Assembly (NCBI GenBank): GCA_044507735.1
Contig: JBIQJB010000044.1
Coordinates: forward strand, 1 to 12,174
Source of the DNA: Nitrosopumilales archaeon
GTDB taxonomy: Archaea; Thermoproteota; Nitrososphaeria; Nitrososphaerales; Nitrososphaeraceae
Direction: 5' to 3'
Length of the DNA: 12,174 nucleotides
Positions 1-7,199 of the stretch are shown in pieces (positions within the stretch are counted from its first letter, which is position 1; the number at the start of each line of letters is the position of its first letter). The notes under the pieces were generated by a model. It saw only the letters and a program-made list of their open reading frames with translations. It was not told the DNA's origin and ran no database searches. The position numbers and the translations under genes are program-made.

Positions 1-61
1 GTACACCGTCCGTCCGATAATAAATCTATAATAAGCACGCAATCACGATTCGAGGTAGAAC

Positions 62-457
62 ATGGCTAAGTCGCAGACGCCGGCTACTGTCCTCAGGACT
101 ATTGCCGATGACAAATCATTGGATCTTTTCAAGACTATTGCCCAGGGAACAATTGATAGCGAAAGTCTGAAGAGCAGGACAAGGCTAACCCGTAAGCAAT
201 ACTATTCTAGGTTATCAAGGATGACAAAAGCAGGTCTCGTAAGAAAAAAGAGTGGCAAATACCTCTTGACGGCCTTTGGCAAAGTTGTATATGACGCTCA
301 ATCTACTGTAGAAAGTGCTCTTACCAGCTATTGGAAGCTCAGGGCAATCGACTCGCTCGAAATGTCAAACGAGCTTCCGAGGGAAGAGCAGCAGAAGCTG
401 ATCGACGCTCTTCTGGACAACCAGGAGATAAAGGGAATTCTCGTAAAGAGAACCTAA
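62..457 (+). CDS. Winged helix-turn-helix (ArsR-like) putative transcriptional regulator, thaumarchaeal type
   Basis: 131 aa; the segment LTRKQYYSRLSRMTKAGLVRKKSGKYLLTAFGKVV has the recognition helix + wing + LTxxG pattern of wHTH proteins; TATA-like TATAATAA at 27-34 and GAGGT at 52-56 precede the ATG. Confidence 0.75.
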   Translation: MAKSQTPATVLRTIADDKSLDLFKTIAQGTIDSESLKSRTRLTRKQYYSRLSRMTKAGLVRKKSGKYLLTAFGKVVYDAQSTVESALTSYWKLRAIDSLEMSNELPREEQQKLIDALLDNQEIKGILVKRT

Positions 458-458
458 A

Positions 459-477
459 CCTTTTCTCCTTTTCTATT
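459..477 (+). terminator. Oligo-T/pyrimidine tract, candidate archaeal intrinsic terminator
   Basis: CCTTTTCTCCTTTTCTATT immediately after the stop at 457, between convergent genes. Confidence 0.4.
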
Positions 478-499
478 ACTATTACAACATGAAAACAAG

Positions 500-1258
500 C
501 TAGGAAATTGCTTTCTTGAAAAATTTGTGAATAGATGAGCCGTATTGCAGCGCCTTTTTCGGCTTCATTGCTGACTCTTCAGGAACACCTATTGAAAGCG
601 CAGTCTGACGCAGGATGTGCTTTCTCATCATGTCGTCAGGTCCCCTAATCTTTTGATCTATCGGTATAGCCTTGGCGAACTCGATAAATTTGCGGGAGAG
701 GAATGGCTGCCGGGCAGCCACACTGAACTGGCCTGTCACAATTGCAACTTCGCTCATGAGAGTAAACTCATTTGCAATCTTTTCGTCCATCATCTTCATT
801 ATTGCCATCTCGCCTCCTCCGCTACTGTAGACTCTTCGGTATCCATCATATCCACAGAATAGCTCGTCGCATCCATTTGCGCTGAGTACCAGACCCAAGC
901 CTTCTTGCTTTGCAAGCCTGCTGATGTAGTGAAATGCTATGCAGTTCTCAATATGCGAGGTATTCTCGCATTTTATCATCTGTCTGACCTGAGTCAGGTT
1001 TTTCTTGAAATCCTGATACTCTATTTCCATCACCTTGTGATTCATGCCCATTATCGAAGCGATTCTCCTCGCAAATCCAATGTCATGGGAGCCTGGGAAG
1101 CCCACTGTGAGCAGTACAACCTCCTTGCCAAGGTCGTTGCATATCTTGGCAAGAAGTGAGCTGTCTACCCCGCCAGAAAAGGCAACTGTTATTCTTGTTT
1201 CCGGGACGCTATCGGATACGGCATCATAAAGTGCGTCCCTCAGATCATGCAACAGCAT
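500..1258 (-). CDS. Asparagine synthetase C-terminal (ATP pyrophosphatase) domain protein lacking the glutaminase domain
   Basis: PP-loop VAFSGGVDSS, LSANGCDELFCGY (cf. SGEGADELFGGY), RQPFL, KHILR, KPKKALQYGS; only 252 aa, with an in-frame TGA two codons upstream of the ATG. Confidence 0.85.
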   Translation of the reverse strand: MLLHDLRDALYDAVSDSVPETRITVAFSGGVDSSLLAKICNDLGKEVVLLTVGFPGSHDIGFARRIASIMGMNHKVMEIEYQDFKKNLTQVRQMIKCENTSHIENCIAFHYISRLAKQEGLGLVLSANGCDELFCGYDGYRRVYSSGGGEMAIMKMMDEKIANEFTLMSEVAIVTGQFSVAARQPFLSRKFIEFAKAIPIDQKIRGPDDMMRKHILRQTALSIGVPEESAMKPKKALQYGSSIHKFFKKAIS

Positions 1259-1321
1259 GCATCACGTTTGTGCTTTCCAACAAGCCCAGATAAATGCAAA
1301 TCTCAGTCGCCAGATATACCG

Positions 1322-1330
1322 TTTATATAT
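1322..1330. promoter_or_regulatory. TATA box in the divergent spacer between the AsnB-like gene and queD
   Basis: TTTATATAT, which is TATA-like on both strands, in a 107-bp divergent intergenic region. Confidence 0.5.
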
Positions 1331-1365
1331 GCTGCAACACAAAAGCTCTGACAGACTAAGTAGAA

Positions 1366-2190
1366 ATGGCCAGTGAGAGGGTCGTTCTTGACAGCGACCT
1401 CCGTTACATTGACAAAGGAAAGCTGCTCCGGAGCAGATCGGAACTGTCTGTTGCAAAGATGCTATCGTTTCTGGGGCGTGACTACCAGTATGACGTTGTA
1501 GTGGAACTTTCCGATGGCAAATCGCTCAAAATAGACTTCAAGGTAGGCGAAAAGTACATTGAAGTAATAGATTCAGAAGCTGATACTGCCAAGTTCAGGC
1601 AGGTGCGTGAACAGCTCCCGGATCTTGACATCGTTGCAGTCGGACATTCAAAGTATGCAAGCAAGATAGAAGAGATGGACTCTCTGTTCTTTTACGACAG
1701 CGCTGATCACATGCAGACAGGGTCGATCTTTATCGAAGACCCTTCTCTAGCGTTTGACTATGCGCACATACTGCCACTGGTCGAAAAGTGCTCGGTTCTG
1801 CACGGTCACACCTCAACTGTCATGGTTGAGATAATAGGCAGCATGAAGAATAATCTAGTTCTTGACTTTGGAGACGCAAAGAGAATAATCAAGGAAACAC
1901 TGAACGCGATTGACCACAAATTCTTCATCAACAAGAAATATCTGCAGAAGGAAGATGATCAGCACTACTATGTCGCGTTTGAGGGTCCAAAAGGATACTT
2001 TAGTTTACAGCTTCCAAAAATGACTACATACATGCTGTCAGGCGAGGCGACCGTGGAAAATCTTTCTTCAGAGATAATCAGACTTCTTGCGCCCAAGATG
2101 CCCCAGAACGTGCAGGCCCTCGGCGTATACATATACGAAGGAGTCAACAAGGGCGCTCACATAATTGCTGGAGTAAGAAAAGAAGAATAG
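1366..2190 (+). CDS. queD: 6-carboxy-tetrahydropterin synthase (QueD/PTPS family) fused to an N-terminal PD-(D/E)xK/Vsr-like domain
   Basis: C-terminal ~155 aa carry FDYAH, CSVLHGH (CxxxHGH, PTPS-I type), LDFGDAK, IDHKF, ATVENLS and IYEG; N-terminal ~110 aa carry RSRSE..YQYD..IDFK..YIEV; abuts queC. Confidence 0.85.
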   Translation: MASERVVLDSDLRYIDKGKLLRSRSELSVAKMLSFLGRDYQYDVVVELSDGKSLKIDFKVGEKYIEVIDSEADTAKFRQVREQLPDLDIVAVGHSKYASKIEEMDSLFFYDSADHMQTGSIFIEDPSLAFDYAHILPLVEKCSVLHGHTSTVMVEIIGSMKNNLVLDFGDAKRIIKETLNAIDHKFFINKKYLQKEDDQHYYVAFEGPKGYFSLQLPKMTTYMLSGEATVENLSSEIIRLLAPKMPQNVQALGVYIYEGVNKGAHIIAGVRKEE

Positions 2191-2847
2191 ATGGCAGAAA
2201 AGGTTCTCGTGATGCTATCTGGCGGGCTTGACTCTGCCACCTGCCTCTACTGGGCAAAAAAGAGGTTCTCCGATGTCTTGGCAATCACGTTCAACTATTA
2301 TGGCAGACTTGTACAGGAAAAGCGCTCTACAGCCAAGCTGGCAAGGAGTGCAGGAATAACAGAGCTGATCACCGTGGACCTGCCTTTTGTAAAAGAAGCG
2401 TCTGACTTTTACAACGGCCGGTTGAAAAAGCATGATCCAGAGGCACTATGGTCGTCATACGTGCCTGCAAGGAATCTGATGTTCTATTCCATAGCCGCCC
2501 ACTATGCAGAATACCTCGGTGTAAAGTGGATAATCGGAGGCCACAACTCACATGATATCGAGTTCTTCAGGGACGCGTCAAGTCGCTTCATTGAGAAGCT
2601 GAACGCGCTGTTCAAAGAGGGCTGCCTGCTCTGTAATGGCAGGACGTACAAAATAGTGCTCCCTCTTGCAAAGAAGAACAGAACAGAGATTGTCATGCTT
2701 GCCAAGAGGCTCAAAGTCCCAATAGCACAGACATGGAGTTGCCACAGAGATGGCAAGACTCACTGCGGCAAGTGTTATGCCTGCAGGCAGAGGCTTGATG
2801 CATTCAGATCCCTCGGGCTTGTTGATCCAGTGTTTACGCGATCCTGA
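2191..2847 (+). CDS. queC: 7-cyano-7-deazaguanine (preQ0) synthase
   Basis: SGGLDS PP-loop, YVPARN, C-terminal Zn site TWSCHRDGKTHCGKCYACRQR (C-x7-CxxCxxC); the ATG directly follows the queD stop (TAGATG). Confidence 0.92.
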   Translation: MAEKVLVMLSGGLDSATCLYWAKKRFSDVLAITFNYYGRLVQEKRSTAKLARSAGITELITVDLPFVKEASDFYNGRLKKHDPEALWSSYVPARNLMFYSIAAHYAEYLGVKWIIGGHNSHDIEFFRDASSRFIEKLNALFKEGCLLCNGRTYKIVLPLAKKNRTEIVMLAKRLKVPIAQTWSCHRDGKTHCGKCYACRQRLDAFRSLGLVDPVFTRS

Positions 2848-3931
2848 TTTCAACTGGCATATCACTTACCAGGCGTATGTTGCTGAGATAGATCCTATCA
2901 AGATGAACCACGTCTGTCTGGATGTCTATTTTCCCGGACCCAATGCGCATAATGATGCCAAATCCGGTTACCAGTCCATTCGATCCAACCCCTACAAACA
3001 TCCTTGTCATATTCTCTGGTTCTAGCTGCACTATTGGGGGATCGTCTAGATCTGATGGTGAAAACAGCCTGTCTAGGTAAACGAATTTGACCAGGGACAG
3101 GTCTACAGAAATCAAATCAGTACCTACATGTCTCAGAAACTGGTCTAGCCTGCGGCTTCTGCGCTCAATCCTAGTTTTTACCACTTGCCTGATTCCTCTG
3201 GCCGAGACTACCTCCCAGGGACCTCCCTTGAACGTACTGAGCAGTATTGAATTTTCAAGACATACGATAATGTCGGGCTTTATTGCTTCTGCCAACATCA
3301 GCTTGTACTGGACTCCCTCGCCTCTTGCATATCCGTCTGTGTTGACGATGCAGATGTCACCAAGCAGCATGGTTCGCTCTAGAGTTGATCTCAGCTTTCT
3401 TGCGATGACGTGTTCAAACCCTGCCGGTGAAGTGTTGCCAATGAATTCGTACCAGGTCGCACGAGCATCTCTGAGATCGGTTAAGGGCTCTGAAAGCAAT
3501 GCAGCCCCGATTCCAGCAGGCGGCGCAAGGTCCCCCTGGCCGATGTCTCCGTCTATGACACATGGCATTATCCCATGCCCAAGCGCCACATTTGCGAGGT
3601 ATGTGGCAAGAGTTGACTTGCCGGTGTCAGAGTCGCCGACAAGCATTACCACCACGACAATTTTCCTATCATTATTGTTCTTGCTTCGCACGGCAGTTAT
3701 GTGCCGAGCTACATCACGCCACATCGACACGCCTGCTTCTTCAGGCTGAGCCCGCCAAATCCTCCCTCCCCGGCCCAGCTTGACGCGCAACTTGCAACCT
3801 TTGAGTGGCTCGAAGGGCAGCACTTTGCCAGGTCTCACCTTGACCGTTCTGCCAGACACGTCGCTTCCCAGTACTTGGCATTCACCGTCAACAACCACGA
3901 TGGCCGGACCCTTCACCATGCGGACTAGCAA
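2834..3931 (-). CDS. Clp1/Grc3-family polynucleotide 5'-hydroxyl kinase
   Basis: N-terminal KGPA..V.G...VLG, Walker A GDSDTGKST, DGDIGQ, FIGNTSP, NTDG, ERRSRR lid; start is TTG 3931 or ATG 3920. Confidence 0.88.
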   Translation of the reverse strand: MLVRMVKGPAIVVVDGECQVLGSDVSGRTVKVRPGKVLPFEPLKGCKLRVKLGRGGRIWRAQPEEAGVSMWRDVARHITAVRSKNNNDRKIVVVVMLVGDSDTGKSTLATYLANVALGHGIMPCVIDGDIGQGDLAPPAGIGAALLSEPLTDLRDARATWYEFIGNTSPAGFEHVIARKLRSTLERTMLLGDICIVNTDGYARGEGVQYKLMLAEAIKPDIIVCLENSILLSTFKGGPWEVVSARGIRQVVKTRIERRSRRLDQFLRHVGTDLISVDLSLVKFVYLDRLFSPSDLDDPPIVQLEPENMTRMFVGVGSNGLVTGFGIIMRIGSGKIDIQTDVVHLDRIYLSNIRLVSDMPVEIRIA

Positions 3932-4050
3932 GTACTGTTATGCTCCTTGCATCAGATTTTAATCCTTTTAAGAAAGCCACAAAAGAACCAACTTCGATAT
4001 ATCATCTCGCTTTTTCCATCTGCTTCACAGGAAAAGCACATCAGCGCACC

Positions 4051-5375
4051 CAAATATCGCACAGGCTGAGCCTGATCCATCCCAGGAACAAGACGCCTCT
4101 GTTGCAATAGCAATCTCTGGAATAATCATGGCTTTTGTGGAGTATGCGCTTCCACTTGCTGATATTACAGTAGCTGCGGGGGTCATATTTTTGCTCTTGT
4201 TTACGCAGGTTAACGTTGCTGTAATCACAATACGCAGGATATATGGCGACAAGCTGTCGTACGGCTTCAAGAATCCGCTGTTTCCAGTAATACCCATTGT
4301 CGGAATCTTTTTGAAGCTTGGACTTGCGGTCTACCTGCTTCTCACCCAACCCCTCAGCGGGGGCATAACCGTCCTCTGGATCTTGGTGGGATTTGCTCTT
4401 TACCGCATGTACACCTTCAAGCAGGAGATTCAGCATTACGCCCCAATAGTGACAACCGGGGGAGATCTGAAGAGGCAGGACTACCGCATACTCATCCCGT
4501 ATACGCCGGAAAACCCCGACAGGCTTTTGAAATACGCCATAAGGATAGCAAAGGAGACAGCTGGTGAGGTGAATATCTTGCGCGTGATAACATTGCCTCA
4601 CCAGACGTCACTCTCTGCCGGCGTGGCGTTTGCCGACGCTGCAAGAAGATCCTTTGATTCCCTTGAAAAGATGTTGGATAGAGAGAACATCCCTAACCAC
4701 TACCTCGTCAGGGTTTCGCATGATGCAACTGAAGCCATTCTGGCCACCGTAGAGGAACAAAAGATAGACCTATTTGTCACTGATTTTGAGGCATTCCGCC
4801 GCGACAGAAAACTGATGATTCTTATGACATGCAAGGTGCTGGCCATAAGTGCAGAGAACGACTCTCTGGAGCTGGAGCCGGAATATGACAGGACAGGCAT
4901 CGATTTTAACGCGCAGGCGCTCCCACTGGCAGAAAAGAAGAGCATGGTCGTTGTATATGACGGAGGAGAGCATTCAGATGCGGTTCTGAAGGCAACAATT
5001 TGGCTTGAGCACTCGGGGCGCTTCAAGGTCAACCTGATTTCTATAATCAAAGGAGGACAAGAGAGAAGAGTGGAGAAACAAAGTGTCACAATGCAGCAAG
5101 AATACCTGTCCCAGCTTGGGATACAGCTGAAGGAAGTGCGGCTGACATCAGGTATCAGCTCCAGATCGGCTGACACAATACTATCTGCGATAAACTCGCT
5201 CCAGCAGGACATTGTCATAATAGGTGCATCTGTCGCAGGCCATTCGACATTCCACAACCCGGACTTTTTGGCAATGCTTGACCAGCTCAACTGCCCTGTG
5301 GTGGTCGCAAAGGACTTTGCAATACCAGGCGTGCACAGAGCAAAATCTCTGCTCGCGCGCGTGCTCAAGAAATAA
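4051..5375 (+). pseudogene. 5'-truncated, frameshifted APC-family amino acid permease fused to two USP-like domains (residual ORF 4128-5375 may still be translated)
   Basis: ORF 4128-5375 has only ~3 C-terminal TM helices (FKNPLFPVIPIVG) followed by USP-like ILIP..E..LLKYA..IAK and VVVYDGGEHS..IVIIG..CPVVV; the upstream APC motif SHRLSLIHPRNKTP (4057-4098) is in a different frame from VAIAISGIIM (4101-4130). Confidence 0.7.
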
Positions 5376-6198
5376 AAAAGTCGGTCAGCTTTTTTGCAGC
5401 AGTCTCCTTTTTGCGCTTATAGCGTTTCGAGCGCGCCATGACTTTCTTTTGCACTTCGGTCAGCCCATCACGCAGTTCCAGTAGCTGGAGCAGGTTGTCA
5501 GGGGCGTTGGCGTGGTAGTGGTTGTTGAAATATGCATAGACCACAGAGACTTTTTCCTCTAGCTCTGCAAGTTTTGCAAGCCAGGGGCGCAGCTCTTCTT
5601 CAGTGTATGTGTAGTCGTACCAAACCGGTTCGCCACGCCCATGCCACCGCACATACGAATGTGTACGGGCCGTGACAATCGGCCTTGCAAGAAACTCAAT
5701 TGGAGAATCGGTCACGGTATTAGCAACATTGTATTCTCTCAAAAGTTCCCACGTCTCTTCCCGGTCCCAAGAATCGTGTCGAAACTCGACTGCAAAGTGG
5801 ATATCCCCTGGAAGTAGCCGAAAAAGCGACTCAAGGTCGTCCTTTTGTCTGAATGTAAAGTCGGGCGGAAGCTGGAGGAGAAGGCAGCCGAGCTTGCCTG
5901 CTTTTGCAATCGGCTGCACAAGATCAATGAAATCCAAAAACTCCTTCTCCGCTCCCACAAGTAGCCTCTTATGGGTAACGGTCTTGGGAACCTTGAGTGA
6001 AAACTTGAAGTCAGGTTCTGTTGACTTGATCCATCCGGCAATCATGGACTTTGAAGGCGCCCGGTAAAATGACGAGTCGACCTCCACAGAATTAAAGATG
6101 CGTGCATAGAACGGGAGCTTGGCAATCCTGTTGTTTGGATAGAATGCTCCAACCCACTCTTGGTAGCTCCAGCCACATGTTCCTGACAGGAGGGCCAA
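5365..6198 (-). CDS. DUF72 (YecE-like) TIM-barrel protein
   Basis: GTCGWSY..W...FYP, FNSVEVDSSFY, FKFSLKVP..VTH, LLQLPP, AVEFRH, YVRWHGR, YDYTY..EEL, YAYFNN; TTG start. Confidence 0.92.
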   Translation of the reverse strand: MALLSGTCGWSYQEWVGAFYPNNRIAKLPFYARIFNSVEVDSSFYRAPSKSMIAGWIKSTEPDFKFSLKVPKTVTHKRLLVGAEKEFLDFIDLVQPIAKAGKLGCLLLQLPPDFTFRQKDDLESLFRLLPGDIHFAVEFRHDSWDREETWELLREYNVANTVTDSPIEFLARPIVTARTHSYVRWHGRGEPVWYDYTYTEEELRPWLAKLAELEEKVSVVYAYFNNHYHANAPDNLLQLLELRDGLTEVQKKVMARSKRYKRKKETAAKKLTDFFIS

Positions 6199-6519
6199 CA
6201 GGATGCCTAGGGGGAACTAGGATAATAACCAGATCACCTCTACCATCAAGATATCCATCCTTGGATGACGGTAAGAGCGAGAATAATGTGTCGTAACAGC
6301 CTTGACGCATTCCGGCAACTGTTGTCCCCGTCGGTGAATCAGATTTCTGCAAAGTCTTTGCACATGTGGACTGGCATAGAGCGTTTCGCCGCTCAGGTTA
6401 AGCTTGCAGGTGTAGAAGAATACTACGGATAGAAGCGTACGGCGAAGCAGCGGACGAGCTGTTCGATATGATACAGGAGTACTTGCCATTCTGCCTGCAC
6501 CGAACCATCATTATCATTG

Positions 6520-6885
6520 TTATTTTCTTCTAGGTTTCTGAAGGTACAGTTTGGCGGTTTCGGGCAGGGCCAGTGCATAGTGAATGTGAACGCAGTCCTT
6601 TTCGTCGCAGAGGTTGCAATAAAGGCTGCGATCTCGCAGGTAGATCTCAGCCGTCTTGCCCTTCTTAGCGTCTCTGATGAACAGTATGTTTCCTTCGTAA
6701 CCTATCTTCGAGAGTGAAGGCGCATAAGACTGGAGGAATTTGTCCCTCTCGATGGCCTCCATCAGCACAGTATTGATATAGTCCTTGGTGTTCCACCGCC
6801 TTTTTTCTGCGTTGGCCTTCATCACATCATATGTTTCCTTGAATATCTCAACGGTGATGACTTCTTTGCCTCCCCGCTTGACCAT
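6520..6885 (-). CDS. Hypothetical 121-aa protein: ribbon-helix-helix-like N-terminus plus C-terminal Zn-binding motif (CxxC-x4-CxH, SWIM-like)
   Basis: Preferred start is ATG 6885 (MVKRGGKEVITVEIFKETYDVMKANAE..TKDYINTVLMEAIE), with a TATA-like ATATAAA about 23-29 nt upstream; C-terminal LYCNLCDEKDCVHIHYAL; the longer 7077 start would overlap the divergent gene. Confidence 0.7.
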   Translation of the reverse strand: MVKRGGKEVITVEIFKETYDVMKANAEKRRWNTKDYINTVLMEAIERDKFLQSYAPSLSKIGYEGNILFIRDAKKGKTAEIYLRDRSLYCNLCDEKDCVHIHYALALPETAKLYLQKPRRK

Positions 6886-6907
6886 ACTACATCCTTTTGT
6901 ATTGAAG

Positions 6908-6914
6908 TTTATAT
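6908..6914 (-). promoter_or_regulatory. TATA box for the RHH/Zn gene
   Basis: Minus strand reads ATATAAA, 23-29 nt upstream of ATG 6885 (leaderless spacing). Confidence 0.5.
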
Positions 6915-6932
6915 GGTTTATGGCGTGTTCCA

Positions 6933-6948
6933 ACATGTGGCCACATGT
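6933..6948. promoter_or_regulatory. Perfect 16-bp palindrome, candidate operator
   Basis: ACATGTGGCCACATGT is its own reverse complement and lies between two divergent TATA boxes. Confidence 0.55.
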
Positions 6949-6977
6949 CTCTCCCTCCCCCTTTGGTGCTAGCTCTG

Positions 6978-6983
6978 TTATAA
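6978..6983 (+). promoter_or_regulatory. TATA box for the small zinc-finger gene pair
   Basis: TTATAA 25-30 nt upstream of ATG 7008. Confidence 0.5.
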
Positions 6984-7007
6984 CTGTCCATGCGGAGCAC
7001 GTTGTTA

Positions 7008-7199
7008 ATGCCACCTTGCAGAAATCTATGCGACAGATTGGGATATCCTTGCTTTCCTTCTCCAAGCCCATATGCAATGGGTTTCAAGTACTGCACAAAA
7101 TGCTCCAAATATTTTGATGTAATAGGGATACGATGTCCTTGCTGCAATAAACGACTCAGGTACAAGACGAGCGGTAGGAAAGGCGACGGGCGGTGTTAG
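7008..7199 (+). CDS. Small basic Cys-rich zinc-binding protein (63 aa)
   Basis: MPPCRNLC...Y..GFKYCTKC..YF....IRCPCCNKRLRYK; 9 Cys and 13 K/R; resembles, from memory, the thaumarchaeal CxxxC..CxxC..CPCC..LR small-protein family; TATA spacing favours ATG 7008 over 6990. Confidence 0.7.
   Translation: MPPCRNLCDRLGYPCFPSPSPYAMGFKYCTKCSKYFDVIGIRCPCCNKRLRYKTSGRKGDGRC

Noticed and set aside
1259-1365. preQ1 riboswitch upstream of queD
   Set aside because: No P1 hairpin with a matching A-rich tail or pseudoknot was discernible, and the leader is short
3087-3749. 220-aa + strand ORF, and similarly the 222-aa ORF at 4700-5368 and the 186-aa ORF at 4041-4601
   Set aside because: Antisense shadows of well-supported genes, with no recognisable motifs
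500-3931. Complete Dpd or Qat-type defence island
   Set aside because: No dpdA/TGT, dpdB/C, TatD or QatA-like ATPase in the window; archaeosine precursor synthesis is the default explanation for queD-queC
6172-6180. GCCACATGT half-site of the 6933 palindrome
   Set aside because: Explained by codons of the conserved DUF72 GTCGW motif
6217-6489. 90-aa minus-strand ORF upstream of DUF72
   Set aside because: No recognisable motif and atypical composition; cannot be supported as a gene
6341-7027. 12-bp inverted match AGATTTCTGCAA (6341-6352) / TTGCAGAAATCT (7016-7027) as possible terminal inverted repeats
   Set aside because: A few 12-mer inverted matches are expected by chance in 12 kb; one copy lies inside a CDS; no transposase or target-site duplication
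6886-7077. N-terminal extension of the 185-aa ORF 6520-7077
   Set aside because: It spans the divergent promoter region and overlaps the + strand zinc gene; TATA spacing supports ATG 6885
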